Assembly: GCA_008369845.1 (NCBI GenBank)
Contig: MRSU01003757.1
Span: 1 to 50,191, forward strand
DNA: 50,191 nucleotides
From: Trichomonas gallinae
Taxonomy: Eukaryota
Reading direction: 5' to 3'
Both the position numbers and the translations under genes were made by a program. Under the pieces are notes generated by a model. It was not told where the DNA came from. It searched no databases and was given only the letters and a program-made list of their open reading frames with translations. The number at the start of each line of letters is the position of its first letter. Position 1 is the first letter of the stretch. Below are positions 19,624-30,664 of the stretch, piece after piece.

Positions 19624-21648
19624 TTATTTCCGTATTTTTGGTAATCTTCGGGCAGATTTCAGTGATGTAGAAGCAGAGTTTTCTTTGTTGAGCTTCTTCT
19701 TTGATGGTTTAGTTGGTTGCGGAACAAGTGGAAGCTCTCCTTTTGCCATCTTAGCAAGGACATCGTCAGTAGGCAATGCTGGAATTTTCCATTTTATTGT
19801 TTTCTCTCTCGATGACAAATTTTCTTCTGCAATTTCGATTAACTTCTTGATAACATCGATTTCCAATTGGAGCTGGTCTGCCTCCCCTTGCAATTCAGCC
19901 TGCATTGTCGCAGTGCCTTTCTCTACTTGTGCAGCTCTCTCTTCAACTTCTTTCATCTTGCGAGAATCAGTGTCGATTTCTATTTGCACTGTTGAAACTT
20001 TTTCCGAGTGTTCTTTCTCTAGTTCCTGCTTTTTGACGATCGCGTCGTCCAGTCCATATGATTCTTCTTGAATCATTGTCTTGTAGTCTTCCATGGACTT
20101 GTAGATATCTGAGAGTTCTCCATGTGTTTTGTCTTCAAAACTTTCCCTTTCTATGCTGAGTTTGTCGATTTTCTCGTTGATGTTGTCTTTGATTCTTCTG
20201 ACCACCTCGAGTGTATCTTTGACTCTTGGCATCTTAGATGTTTCTATCGAGAGCCTGACATACTCCCTGCGAAGTGGCTGAAGGTGTTTGTCGTAATGAG
20301 CAATTTTATTGCGCTTGCATAATGTTTCAACTGCCTCGTAAGCAAAATGATCAATTTGATTGGATTTGACACCAAGATACCTTATGCATTCGTTTTGTTG
20401 AAGATTTGAGACCATTTGATAACAACCTGCTGTTGATATAAAATTATCTTCAATTATCAGCTTTGTGAGGCATTCATTGTTGACCAGTGCAAGAGAAATT
20501 GATATAGCACCTTCATCCGTTATTCTGCATGAGCTGATATTTAACTTTCTGATAGTTAAATTCGATTCTATCGTATCACTGATTGTAAACGCTAAATCAT
20601 CGCCTGCATAGTTTCTGGAGAGATCAAGAGAGTCTAGTACATGATCTGATTGCATGAAATTGAAGATAGAATCAATTGCAGAATTATCAAAGCCAACGTG
20701 TGAAATATTAAGACAGGTCAATGTATTATTATCGAGAAGAGACTGGAATAGAGTAATAATTCCGTCTGATCCAATAGGATTATCGGATAAATTCAGCTGA
20801 ATTATTCCCCAATTATCAGCAAAAGCTTCAGCAAGGATTTCACACGACTTTTGTGTTAGAGAACAGTGGCTGATGTCGAGATACTTCAGTGTTGTAATCA
20901 AAGAGATTCCTCTGGCGACGCCAAAACTTTTTGAAAATGAATTTCCAACAAGAGTCAGATGACGCAAGTTTTGGTTTTTGGTGAAGCTCTCTTCTAATAT
21001 TTTCTGGTCTTCGTCGTTCAAATAGCAATATGAAATATCGAGTGTAGATAAATTTGTGCATTTTTCAATTAAATCTGCAATTAACTGTGAAGTTGTAACC
21101 TTATTGTGTCCCTTTTTCGATTTTGGTTCAACAATACCTGCTAAACCAAGAGATTTGATTTGATCTGTTTCAATAATTGTTGAAATAATTGTGAACAAGC
21201 CATCTGCACCGATTTTATTTGCTTGCCAGACCAGTTCACGTCGGCCTAGCTGTAAGCTTGATATCGTTGACGTACGAATTATGTCAGATAACGCAAGTGA
21301 GCATCCGTTACCTAAATCATTACATCCAATATTTAAATACCGAATTTTTGTATTGAGTTTGAGTATATTTAAGACGGGAGTTAAGCCACTATCGCGAATT
21401 AAATTATCGTAAAGATTCAAAGTTGTAATATTCGGCAAAAAACGCATCAGACGCTGAACACCACTGAGTGCATGTACACCAATATGCATTTTTTCGATGT
21501 TAAGGACATTAAATTTTAAACCCTTTTGAATCTGATCGATAAATTTCGAATAATCATCATCTAGTATAGCTTCCTGCTGGTCATCAGCAATCTTCATCTC
21601 ATAAAAGTCATCTAAAACGCTTTCAAAAGTTTGCTGACTCCCAAGCAT
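19624..21648 (-). CDS. Leucine-rich repeat (RNI-like) protein with C-terminal coiled coil
   Basis: Repeats such as ITTLNLYDNLIRDSG, IIQLNLSDNPIGSDG and IRKLNISSCRITDEGA. ATG 21648 follows the Inr GTCACTTTT. Confidence 0.92.
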   Translation of the reverse strand: MLGSQQTFESVLDDFYEMKIADDQQEAILDDDYSKFIDQIQKGLKFNVLNIEKMHIGVHALSGVQRLMRFLPNITTLNLYDNLIRDSGLTPVLNILKLNTKIRYLNIGCNDLGNGCSLALSDIIRTSTISSLQLGRRELVWQANKIGADGLFTIISTIIETDQIKSLGLAGIVEPKSKKGHNKVTTSQLIADLIEKCTNLSTLDISYCYLNDEDQKILEESFTKNQNLRHLTLVGNSFSKSFGVARGISLITTLKYLDISHCSLTQKSCEILAEAFADNWGIIQLNLSDNPIGSDGIITLFQSLLDNNTLTCLNISHVGFDNSAIDSIFNFMQSDHVLDSLDLSRNYAGDDLAFTISDTIESNLTIRKLNISSCRITDEGAISISLALVNNECLTKLIIEDNFISTAGCYQMVSNLQQNECIRYLGVKSNQIDHFAYEAVETLCKRNKIAHYDKHLQPLRREYVRLSIETSKMPRVKDTLEVVRRIKDNINEKIDKLSIERESFEDKTHGELSDIYKSMEDYKTMIQEESYGLDDAIVKKQELEKEHSEKVSTVQIEIDTDSRKMKEVEERAAQVEKGTATMQAELQGEADQLQLEIDVIKKLIEIAEENLSSREKTIKWKIPALPTDDVLAKMAKGELPLVPQPTKPSKKKLNKENSASTSLKSARRLPKIRK

Positions 21649-22029
21649 TATAAAAAGTGACAACAAATAACGAAATTTCAAAAAAAATTGTAAAGTATTC
21701 AATATAGAAAATCTGGTATTGTAAAGTGGTAAATGTCAGATTGTCAAAAATGAAGAATGTTGGTTTACAATTACAGATTTCATAAACGGGAATTCGTTGT
21801 TTTTGGTATGCTTCAAGAGACGTGTCATTTTTTGCAACATTTAGCAACTGACACCCTTAAGGTAGCCCAGTGTTGATGAAGACTTCGAATTCGTGGCTTT
21901 TTAATCGATTTACTTGCCAAATTACCCTGTAGCGTTTTTGACACTTTACATTGTCAGAATTTCTTAAAATGTGGTATCCAAAATTATAAGGAAAATATTT
22001 ATTTGTATATAATGTTGATTCAATATTTA

Positions 22030-22315
22030 AAATATCGATTCATTTCTTTATGAAAGAAACTAAATTTCATTAAAATTATTATTCACATAATCAATATATA
22101 TGATTATTATTATAAATAAATGATAAAATAAAGAAAAGGTGAATTAAAAGAAGAATGAAATTTCTTAAAAATTATTAGTAAAATATGTGCTATATATGCA
22201 TTTGATTCTATATTAAAAATATTGATTCGTTTCTATATGAAAGAAACAAAATTTCTTATTAAAATATTAATAAAATATTAATCATACATGATATAGAATA
22301 TAGATAAATGATAAA
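22030..22315. repeat. Degenerate AT-rich direct repeat (187-bp offset, probably ~94-bp units)
   Basis: GATTC.TTTCT.TATGAAAGAAAC.AAATTTC near 22037 and 22224, with a diverged middle copy near 22145. Confidence 0.65.
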
Positions 22316-22370
22316 AATGGGAAAAGATGAGATTGGAAAAAAATTCGTTACGAAAAAAAAGTACAAGAAA

Positions 22371-23522
22371 ATGTCAACAGCGCCGCCCAGCTTGCCCAAG
22401 AACTCAAACACGACCGGCGGTCAGTCGATCAACAACCGTGTTTCATCTGTTGAAGCCAGGAGAATTCTCGCTGTTCTCCAGGACACTGCAAGTAGGATGG
22501 AATACGCCGTTATCTTGCCAACATTGAATGATTTCTTGGAAGGCAGAGATAACGTTCCTGAAGACGTTGAAATCGCGCACAATGACTTTTTAAACCATCA
22601 AAGAGCTTTAATGTCCGCAATGACGAACGAAGGCAAGCCAAAACCAGGTAGCCAGCAAGATTTCGAAGAAGAAGGTAATCTTTACAGAGAAACATCTCGA
22701 GATTTGATTCGTGCTATGAGAAACCACGCTGATTATTTTGCTCCTTTACTTGCGCAGACTTCCAGCTATGGAGGAAGCACAGCTAAGCTTACTGCAATGA
22801 TGAAGGATCTTAACAGCATGGAATTACTCACATTTTCAACACCTGTCGAAAGCGATGAAAAGCAAAAACGTTTAATTCAAGATATTTCTGGTCGTAAGAA
22901 AGCAAATCGTGAATTGATCGAACAACTTAATGCTAGAGATGCTAAAGCTACACATGATAAAGAACAGCAAGTCCATGATAGAGATGAACAGTACGAATTA
23001 ATTAAACAACAATTAACGCAAGCAAAGGCAACAGAAAGCTCACTTATGCAAGATGATATAGTTCAAGAAGAAGTCCAAACACAAGAAGAATCACTTAAAA
23101 CACAATTAAATAATACTCGCGAAGATGTTTCAAAAACACAGAAAAAGAATTCAGAAGAAGAAGGTAAACAACGCCGTGCACTCAGAAAAGATGAAGAAGC
23201 CGTTCAAGCTTTGATCAAGAAATATGATCAAGAAATGACTTCTCTTGTTAAGCAAAATGAGGAAGCTTCAGAAGCTGCTGAAAAGATTGAGAAAGAATTA
23301 CATGATTTGCAGACAGAAGCTGCCCAAATTGAAAAGATTCGTGCTCCAATGGTCAATGATGAGCATGTTCAGAGCGCGAACCAGCTCAAGGCTAATAAAC
23401 TCAGCCAGGATATGATTGCTGCGTCTGTTAAGCTTCAGATGGAAATTAGAAAGTTCCTCAAAACTGCGCCAAAATTCTCCAAGAAGAAAGGAAAAGGAAA
23501 GGGAAAGGGCAAAAAGAAATAA
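22371..23522 (+). CDS. DRC10: Dynein regulatory complex subunit 10 (IQCD-like)
   Basis: SVEARRILAVLQD N-terminal motif, long coiled coil, LRKDEEAVQALIKKYDQEM, degenerate IQ motif (AASVKLQMEIRKF) and KKKGKGKGKGKKK tail, all as in IQCD/DRC10. Confidence 0.8.
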   Translation: MSTAPPSLPKNSNTTGGQSINNRVSSVEARRILAVLQDTASRMEYAVILPTLNDFLEGRDNVPEDVEIAHNDFLNHQRALMSAMTNEGKPKPGSQQDFEEEGNLYRETSRDLIRAMRNHADYFAPLLAQTSSYGGSTAKLTAMMKDLNSMELLTFSTPVESDEKQKRLIQDISGRKKANRELIEQLNARDAKATHDKEQQVHDRDEQYELIKQQLTQAKATESSLMQDDIVQEEVQTQEESLKTQLNNTREDVSKTQKKNSEEEGKQRRALRKDEEAVQALIKKYDQEMTSLVKQNEEASEAAEKIEKELHDLQTEAAQIEKIRAPMVNDEHVQSANQLKANKLSQDMIAASVKLQMEIRKFLKTAPKFSKKKGKGKGKGKKK

Positions 23523-23767
23523 AGAAATGTTTCAACTTATTATTATCTGTAAAGAATTCTCAATTTATATTCTTTTTATGATCTGCAATCCTTGTGAAAC
23601 CATTCATTCTACGAGATCCATATTATAATAACACAATTTACAGATGATAAATGTTAAAAATATTTAAATTTAAATCAAAATAAGAAAATAGAAAGTTTAT
23701 TTCCAAACTATGACTAGTTTATTAGGCATATATCTAATATATGTTATTATTGGTGTCATATTTCATA

Positions 23768-24457
23768 ATGTTTTTTTATTATTTGATCTTTTCACGATCA
23801 AATTTATATAAACAGCTGATTGGGGAGTGGAACATTGTTCGTATCCCATCCAATGGTATTCGAAATGATGACGTTGAAAATCAAATCTATGGTGTTGAAA
23901 TTCATAGCATTCAAAATGATTTAGTTGGTTCGATGTATAGAAATGATATGGAAGATGATGACGATATTGAAGCAGATTTTACAGCGTTTGTTGACTTATT
24001 CAAATTAAATATCGCAGAAAATAAAATGAAATTAGAATTTACGAAAATTAACATAAATTTAACTATCGAAATGGAATATGAGAAAATAGAAGGGCAATAT
24101 GCTATTGTTGGAATGCTTTTCGGAGAAGAATTTACAATTAATTTTATCAACGCAAACACTGCTAACGTTCTTTACAATACAACACAATATATTTTCGAAC
24201 GAGAAATTCAGCCACCCTCAAATCCTAACGCTAAACCACCGAATTTGAAAAAGAAGAAAGCTGATAGTTCTAAACAAGCAGAAAATACTCAAGAAAGCAA
24301 AGAAAGTTCGTCTACTGTCGATGAAACTCCAAATTCGGACATATCATTAATGGATACTATTCTTGATATGATTCGTCCTTATTATAAGTACAAATTTATC
24401 CTTTATACACTACTAATTGCATTGGTAGCCGAAATAATCATTATGAAATTGATCTAA
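23768..24457 (+). CDS. Hypothetical membrane-anchored protein
   Basis: Short hydrophobic N-terminus MFFYYLIF after TCATA, beta-rich core and C-terminal TM helix FILYTLLIALVAEIIIMKLI. Confidence 0.75.
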   Translation: MFFYYLIFSRSNLYKQLIGEWNIVRIPSNGIRNDDVENQIYGVEIHSIQNDLVGSMYRNDMEDDDDIEADFTAFVDLFKLNIAENKMKLEFTKININLTIEMEYEKIEGQYAIVGMLFGEEFTINFINANTANVLYNTTQYIFEREIQPPSNPNAKPPNLKKKKADSSKQAENTQESKESSSTVDETPNSDISLMDTILDMIRPYYKYKFILYTLLIALVAEIIIMKLI

Positions 24458-25815
24458 TATTTTTTTAGAAATATTAGTTTTATTTTTTGTTTTATATCTA
24501 GATTTGATATTTACTCTTCTATGTCTAAAATAATTTATGCATCTTTGTTCTATAAAACGAGATTTGATATTTTCAATAAAACCAATAATATGAAATTAGG
24601 TCATCTTGCACTCACAAATCACTCAACGTCACATAATATTATAATACAAATGATATTAGGTATTTCAACCTTCAGTATGTACACAAGGAAATAATATTAT
24701 GTGGACTTTGGCTGTGGATGTAAGACATAAAACTCAAAATTAGTCCTTATTAGTATATTACACATAAATAAAAAGAGGAATAAAATAGGTCAAAAAATAA
24801 TCAATTACAATATTAAATAAATAAAGGTTGGCATTAGCATAATAAGAATATATGCATTGAATTAAATGAGTATATACTAAATGATGCTGAGTTCAAATGT
24901 ATTTATTTCTCCAATTTAAATAATGAGATCATTCGCGGACAATTATCAATCAGGATGAACCATTACACGATGGTATGGAAGATGTGTTCTGTAATTTTGC
25001 CATTTTAAGATCATAGTGTGTGATTACACATTGAATAATAATCAAATGAACTCTAAATAAAATGGATTTTAATTGGATTCCACCATAATAATACCGCTAA
25101 TGATCTTTATTATCAGCTATTAAGGTTAGGCCATGATCTAAACTTAATTGATGTGAGATACGATTAATTTGGATTCAAAATTCAAGTTTTCAGAAATTAA
25201 ATTTATAATATATCAGATAATTAGAATTTATACAAAATTTTTAAGATTCTTTCACGCCCGTAAAATAATCGCAAAATTTGTTAATTTCTATATATACGAT
25301 TATTTTCTATTCAAAATTATAAATAATTTAGAGAATATCTATAAGAGAAATAATGCTAGTTTTTCGAGAATTTAAGTATGCTGTCACGCCCGTAAAACAT
25401 TAGATTTGAAAAAATAGTTTTCTGATTTTTGTATACGATAAAAATACGAAATTAGACAAAAATATAATAGTATAAAATAAACTATAAGCAAGAAATAAAC
25501 AAAAGTCAAGTGATTCCTACAAATGAACACGTAAAACCGTGTCATCTTTTTCTTGAAGTGAAGTCACTGATTTCGCGATATTACGTAATCAACAAACGGT
25601 TTAAAAAATAATTAGTTGTTATTTTTACTCTACTAATGATAAATAATGATATTTTGTGATCATGTATTTTCAATTCATTTTTTCGCTCTCAAAATTTGAT
25701 TTCACAATAAAAAAATGATGTCTGTTGTACTTGTAATGTACTCATGGAAATAGCAAGTTTAGAAATAATCCAAAAAATTTAATTGAAAGGATTTAATAAT
25801 TTAACTAAAAAAATA

Positions 25816-27702
25816 ATGGGCCACGATTATAGTGTTTCCTACGACGATGCTCAACCACGCGAAAACGAAACTCGTGTCATGTATAACAATGTCTGCAAGA
25901 AATATGGATGCAAGACTTATTGCTCAACTTATGCAGATGCTCCAAATGTTAGAACACTGTACGACCTCATTGAATTCACCAGAAACAATGAACCACACCT
26001 CCCATTCATTGGCACACGTGTATTTTCCAACGGAAAGTACCAAAATGAGTTCAAATGGATTGACAGAGTTGAATTCAGCAAGATGAGAGACTCTCTTGGT
26101 TCTGCAATGAGAACTAACTTCCCACAGTTAGGCCAAAACGTCGGTATTTTGAGCCACAACAGGCTTGAATGGGTTTTGGCTCAGCATGCTTGCTACGCTT
26201 ATGGCTATGTTCCTGTTCCGATCTATGATACTTTCGGTATCGAGAACATGCTCTTCATCATCAACTTCGCTCATCTAACACACATTTTTATTTTCTCAAC
26301 AAAAGTTCAGATGTTGTTGGATGCCGTTGATGAAAAGTGCTGCCTCACAGATTTGATCGTCATTGAGTCTGAAGACGAGCCATTTGATTACGAAAAGTAT
26401 CGTAATCACAGAATCAGATTCCATAAGTTCAATACATTGTTGAACTGCCAGAATATCTTGGCCCACAGACCACCAAAGCCGGAAGATCCAGCCTTCATCA
26501 TGTTCACATCCGGAACATCAGGAAATTCCAAGGGTGTCGTCATTTCACACTCAAACATGATTGCTACATCGAATGCCACAATCATCTACGTGTCAACCTT
26601 CACGAAGAACGACAGATACCTCTCTTATTTGCCGCTCGCTCACGTTTTCGAATCAATTCTTCACGTTATCGCCCAGAAATCATATACACCAATTGCTATT
26701 TTCTCCGGCGACTTGAAGAGGATTACAGAGGAGTTCAAGATCATCAGGCCAACAATCGTTTCTGGTGTTCCACGCGTTTTCGAAAGAATCCATGATGGCG
26801 TCCAAGCCCAATTGAAGAAGAAATCATTCGCTCTCCAGACATTGTTCAGCTCAGCCATCGCTGTCAAGTCTCTCTTACTCAGGAATTTCAGAATTAAGAA
26901 ATTCCCAGGCTTTGATCTCATTTTCAACCCAGTTAGAGCTGCAATGGGTGGATGCTGCCGCCTTATCGTCTGTGCTGGCTCATACATGGCACCAGAATTG
27001 CAGCACTTCATGAGACTCGCATTCAACTGCGACTTTGTCATCGGTTACGGCCTCAGTGAGACATCTGGACCAATCCTTGGCAATGGTGACACAGATTGCC
27101 TCGATGGAAACTGCGGTATCCCATATCCATGCGGCGAAGTCAAACTCGTCGACGTCGAAGATATGGGATTCTATGCCAAGAACGATGAAGGTGAGCTCTT
27201 CGTCAGAGGTGCTGGTGTCATCAAGGGCTACTACAAGAATAAGGAGGAAGAAGCACTTAATTTCGAAAATGACTGGTTCAAGACTGGTGACATCTTCAGG
27301 AAGACACCAACAGGCCAACTTCAGATGATCGGCCGCAGGAAGGAGATCATCAAACTCTCTCAAGGCGAATACATTTCAATCCAGAAATTAAATAACATTT
27401 ACGCACAAGTCAAGGGTGTCATGCAAGTCTACATCCATGCTGGAATGTCCGCCAGATTCCTTACAGCCGTTGTAGTCCTCGAAAAAGGCTTCGCTGCTGA
27501 TGAAGCTTATCTCATCGAACAATTCAACGCAATCGGAAAGCAGAACAACCTCAACGGATTCGAAATGATCAGAGCAGTTTACATTTCTACAGAAGAGTTC
27601 TCTCCTGCCAATGGTTTGTTGACACCATCAATGAAGCAGTGCAGAAGAAAGATTGCAGAGAGATACGCAACTCAGCTCGCTGCCCTTGAACGCGGAAACT
27701 AA
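25816..27702 (+). CDS. Long-chain fatty acyl-CoA synthetase (AMP-binding enzyme)
   Basis: MFTSGTSGNSKGV, YLSYLPLAHVFE, GYGLSET, WFKTGDI, GRRKEIIKLSQGEYI and NGLLTPSMK. Confidence 0.96.
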   Translation: MGHDYSVSYDDAQPRENETRVMYNNVCKKYGCKTYCSTYADAPNVRTLYDLIEFTRNNEPHLPFIGTRVFSNGKYQNEFKWIDRVEFSKMRDSLGSAMRTNFPQLGQNVGILSHNRLEWVLAQHACYAYGYVPVPIYDTFGIENMLFIINFAHLTHIFIFSTKVQMLLDAVDEKCCLTDLIVIESEDEPFDYEKYRNHRIRFHKFNTLLNCQNILAHRPPKPEDPAFIMFTSGTSGNSKGVVISHSNMIATSNATIIYVSTFTKNDRYLSYLPLAHVFESILHVIAQKSYTPIAIFSGDLKRITEEFKIIRPTIVSGVPRVFERIHDGVQAQLKKKSFALQTLFSSAIAVKSLLLRNFRIKKFPGFDLIFNPVRAAMGGCCRLIVCAGSYMAPELQHFMRLAFNCDFVIGYGLSETSGPILGNGDTDCLDGNCGIPYPCGEVKLVDVEDMGFYAKNDEGELFVRGAGVIKGYYKNKEEEALNFENDWFKTGDIFRKTPTGQLQMIGRRKEIIKLSQGEYISIQKLNNIYAQVKGVMQVYIHAGMSARFLTAVVVLEKGFAADEAYLIEQFNAIGKQNNLNGFEMIRAVYISTEEFSPANGLLTPSMKQCRRKIAERYATQLAALERGN

Positions 27703-27941
27703 CTAATTATGTTATGGTATAATAAATTTTTTTAAAACTTATCTCTGTCGTAATAACATTATTTTTCACTATATTTAAGGCCTATTTGTTGTAAAAATAC
27801 TTGAAAAATATAATGCTTCAGTAAGAAATAATTTTATTGAAATTTAATAATAAATGTACAAACAAATTAATATAATTATATATGAAGTACTGCATGTGTA
27901 AACAATAGATCAGTGACAAAACATGAAATTGATTATAAAAT

Positions 27942-28511
27942 CTACAAATCTTCATTAGGGAAGATAGATCTTTGGAAATCTATAGGAACATCATGCTCTT
28001 TCATGCAATATATCTTTCTAAAATCGTCATTTTTCAAAAAGTTGTATTTACACATTCGTCTTAAGACCATTTTTAAGTTGTACTGGCATCTTGATGCTCT
28101 GTATAGATTGTCGAAGCCCCAGTCCACGGTTCGGTCGCATGAGTAAGTGATTTTCAAAGTATAATTTTCTAGGCCATCTTCCGTGCAGTTTTTATTTGAT
28201 ATCATATATTGCTTGATTGTCTGGTTCTTTTTACCGAATTTGAAATTGCCTGATGTATTAAATTCAATGTCGCCTATTTTATTTTTATTTTTGCAAACTA
28301 ATGATTGCGTGCCGCTATATAAAAATGAGATACATGATTCGTGGTTTGCTTTAAGAACATCATAAAAATTAGTGAATACTTTTGGCGTGGAAATTTTATC
28401 AGACACGGCACAAATATAGCCTGGGTGCCTGAAAAATGTTGCGTATTGAGGGAATTTCGATATTGATTGTATTGTTACCATAGCGAGCTCAGTGTTTTCA
28501 TAATCGCTCAT
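27942..28511 (-). CDS. MRH-domain (OS-9/PRKCSH-like) protein, divergent
   Basis: NCTEDG...ITYSC...SRCQYNLKMVLRRMCKY...KIYC matches the Cys spacing of the C-terminal half of OS-9-type MRH domains. Confidence 0.6.
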   Translation of the reverse strand: MSDYENTELAMVTIQSISKFPQYATFFRHPGYICAVSDKISTPKVFTNFYDVLKANHESCISFLYSGTQSLVCKNKNKIGDIEFNTSGNFKFGKKNQTIKQYMISNKNCTEDGLENYTLKITYSCDRTVDWGFDNLYRASRCQYNLKMVLRRMCKYNFLKNDDFRKIYCMKEHDVPIDFQRSIFPNEDL

Positions 28512-29189
28512 TATTATTTGGCACTTTTATTGTCACTTTTGATCGACCTTCATCATTCATCATAATATAGAAACAAACTAATATCTATACCAGACTATAA
28601 CACATTCAATCAATACTAGCTATTGTAACAATATAACTTTAAATATAATTATATTTTGAAATTATCTGAAATATTTCATTAAAAAGATAATATACAGCAA
28701 AATTTATATATGGAAAATGTTAATATTAATGGTTGAAAACATGATTTTATTATTTGTTCATCTATATTCCCTTATAACTAAAATATTTTGATCAAAATTC
28801 ATTATCATATTCAAATAAAACAAAAATACATCATTATACATAAGCACAATGATTATATGGATCTTTGCAATTACAATTAATATAATATAGTTGCATAAAA
28901 TGTGTTTTGATTAAATTTAAACCTAGCTTAAGACGGTGTAGGTATTATATAGTCCAAAAGATTGTGTTATGCATAATTTATATAAATAATTAACACAAAT
29001 AGGAATTGAGGTAATGTTTTTTTCTATTTAAAACTAAATTTCAAAAGGGCGTGCTAGAGCCTCAGCCATATGAATATTAAAGCTATACATTCTTGCTGTG
29101 GAATGGCATTTGTGTTATATTTATATTGATGTGATGTATGTTTTTGTGAGGGGGTGGATGATAATTGAAGGGGAAATTTATTCGTTATT

Positions 29190-29263
29190 GTCACTTTTAA
29201 AGATGCTCGGTATTTTGTCACTTTTCAAAATATAAAAGTTAAAAATCGCAAATTGTCACTTTT
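29190..29263 (+). promoter_or_regulatory. Three tandem GTCACTTTT (Inr-type) elements
   Basis: Copies at 29190, 29217 and 29255; the last ends 16 nt before ATG 29279. Confidence 0.75.
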
Positions 29264-29278
29264 CAAAATCTTCCAAAA

Positions 29279-30664
29279 ATGCAAAATGGCTCGAAAAATA
29301 TGAGGGCTTCATCCCCGAACTCTCATATGGCCAATTTGCCGAAGCTTCCGATAAGTAAAAGCCAGTCTCAGGGGAAAAACATCGGAAAGTTCAGCTCTCC
29401 GCCTGGAAGTCCATCGCATCTCGATGAAAAAGATGCCAATCTGCCAAAACTTCCGAAGGCTACGACGAGCGACGGCAAAGAAATGTCAGACGAACAAAGA
29501 TTAGTAGCGTTATTAGATAGAATTATGGGAATAGATGCGGAAGATCACAAAAATAGAGCGATTTTAATGAAATCGATTACACTGTTCATACCAAATAAAG
29601 GCTGGGAACCCAAACAAGATATAGTTACTAAAATGATAAACTTGCTTGTCTCAGTTTTGTCGACTGCTCCTCCTTTTTCCGTAATTCAGAGATCTTACAA
29701 GCAAATATACTTCAATCCGCGCGAATCATACGAAGATATTACGATAGCATATAAACTTTTTCCAATAATTCCACTTACAAATTATCCGAACCAACTTCTA
29801 AAAGCATTGGCAAGAAGACTTACTTCAGCATCTAACAATGACAGATCTGGTGCTAAAGATTGTTTGATGCTAATCAAAGGTCCTCAAATTCCATATATTA
29901 TTCATTTAATTGCATTAACGCTTACGCCGCCGCCACCACATGGTACCAAAGATTTGCTAGATCTTGCTTATCACTTTCTTATTGAATACAAGCCCCCTCC
30001 ACCTTTGTTTGACGATTTTTTCGTTACATCAAGTTTCGATGATGAGAAAAACGTTCTCGGACTCAACTCAATGATATCGGAGCAGCGTCTAAATGATGGG
30101 CTTACCATTTTTAACGAACTTTGGTGCACATTCAGAATATTACATTATGGACCGCATTATCAGTCATATTTCCAGCCCTTTCTCAAAGCCCTTACTGCAC
30201 TGGCTAAAACGAACGAGTTTTTTGCGCACGATATTCGACGTTTCATTGTGAATCACTGGCCAAGGCTTGATCCTCAAAAAGCAGTCTTATTCATGCAGGA
30301 AGCCACAGCACTATGTGCAGAGGGCCCGCAGCCTGAGCAGATAGTCTGGCAGAACCTTTCTTGGAGAGCATCTTCAATTCATTGGCAAATTGCAATGGAA
30401 GGAATGAAATTTGTTGAAACAACAATAAACAGGACTGAAGGATTCGATCACTCAATTCTAACTTTCCTTCTTCAAGATGCTGCCAAAAATCATTGGCATA
30501 ATGGAGTAAAAACGCGCGCTGAAGCTGTTCTCGCTCTAATTCCTCCCGTAGCACCGAAGAGGCCAAATCTGCTCCCATTTGATCAATGGGGCGAAATTAA
30601 AAAGATCGCTAAGAAGAATTATCCAAATGACGTGTTTGAACCGAAGAAGATGAAACAGCACTAA
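29279..30664 (+). CDS. Divergent PP2A regulatory subunit B' (B56) family protein
   Basis: HGTKDLLDL, NHWPRLDPQKAVLFMQE, SSIHWQIAMEGM and AKNHWHNGV correspond to B56 motifs (YWPKTxSxKEVMFLNE, SSPHFQVAERAL, HWN). Confidence 0.8.
   Translation: MQNGSKNMRASSPNSHMANLPKLPISKSQSQGKNIGKFSSPPGSPSHLDEKDANLPKLPKATTSDGKEMSDEQRLVALLDRIMGIDAEDHKNRAILMKSITLFIPNKGWEPKQDIVTKMINLLVSVLSTAPPFSVIQRSYKQIYFNPRESYEDITIAYKLFPIIPLTNYPNQLLKALARRLTSASNNDRSGAKDCLMLIKGPQIPYIIHLIALTLTPPPPHGTKDLLDLAYHFLIEYKPPPPLFDDFFVTSSFDDEKNVLGLNSMISEQRLNDGLTIFNELWCTFRILHYGPHYQSYFQPFLKALTALAKTNEFFAHDIRRFIVNHWPRLDPQKAVLFMQEATALCAEGPQPEQIVWQNLSWRASSIHWQIAMEGMKFVETTINRTEGFDHSILTFLLQDAAKNHWHNGVKTRAEAVLALIPPVAPKRPNLLPFDQWGEIKKIAKKNYPNDVFEPKKMKQH

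Noticed and set aside
19439..20071. 210-aa plus-strand ORF
   Set aside because: TTG start and mostly antisense to the LRR gene's coiled-coil tail.
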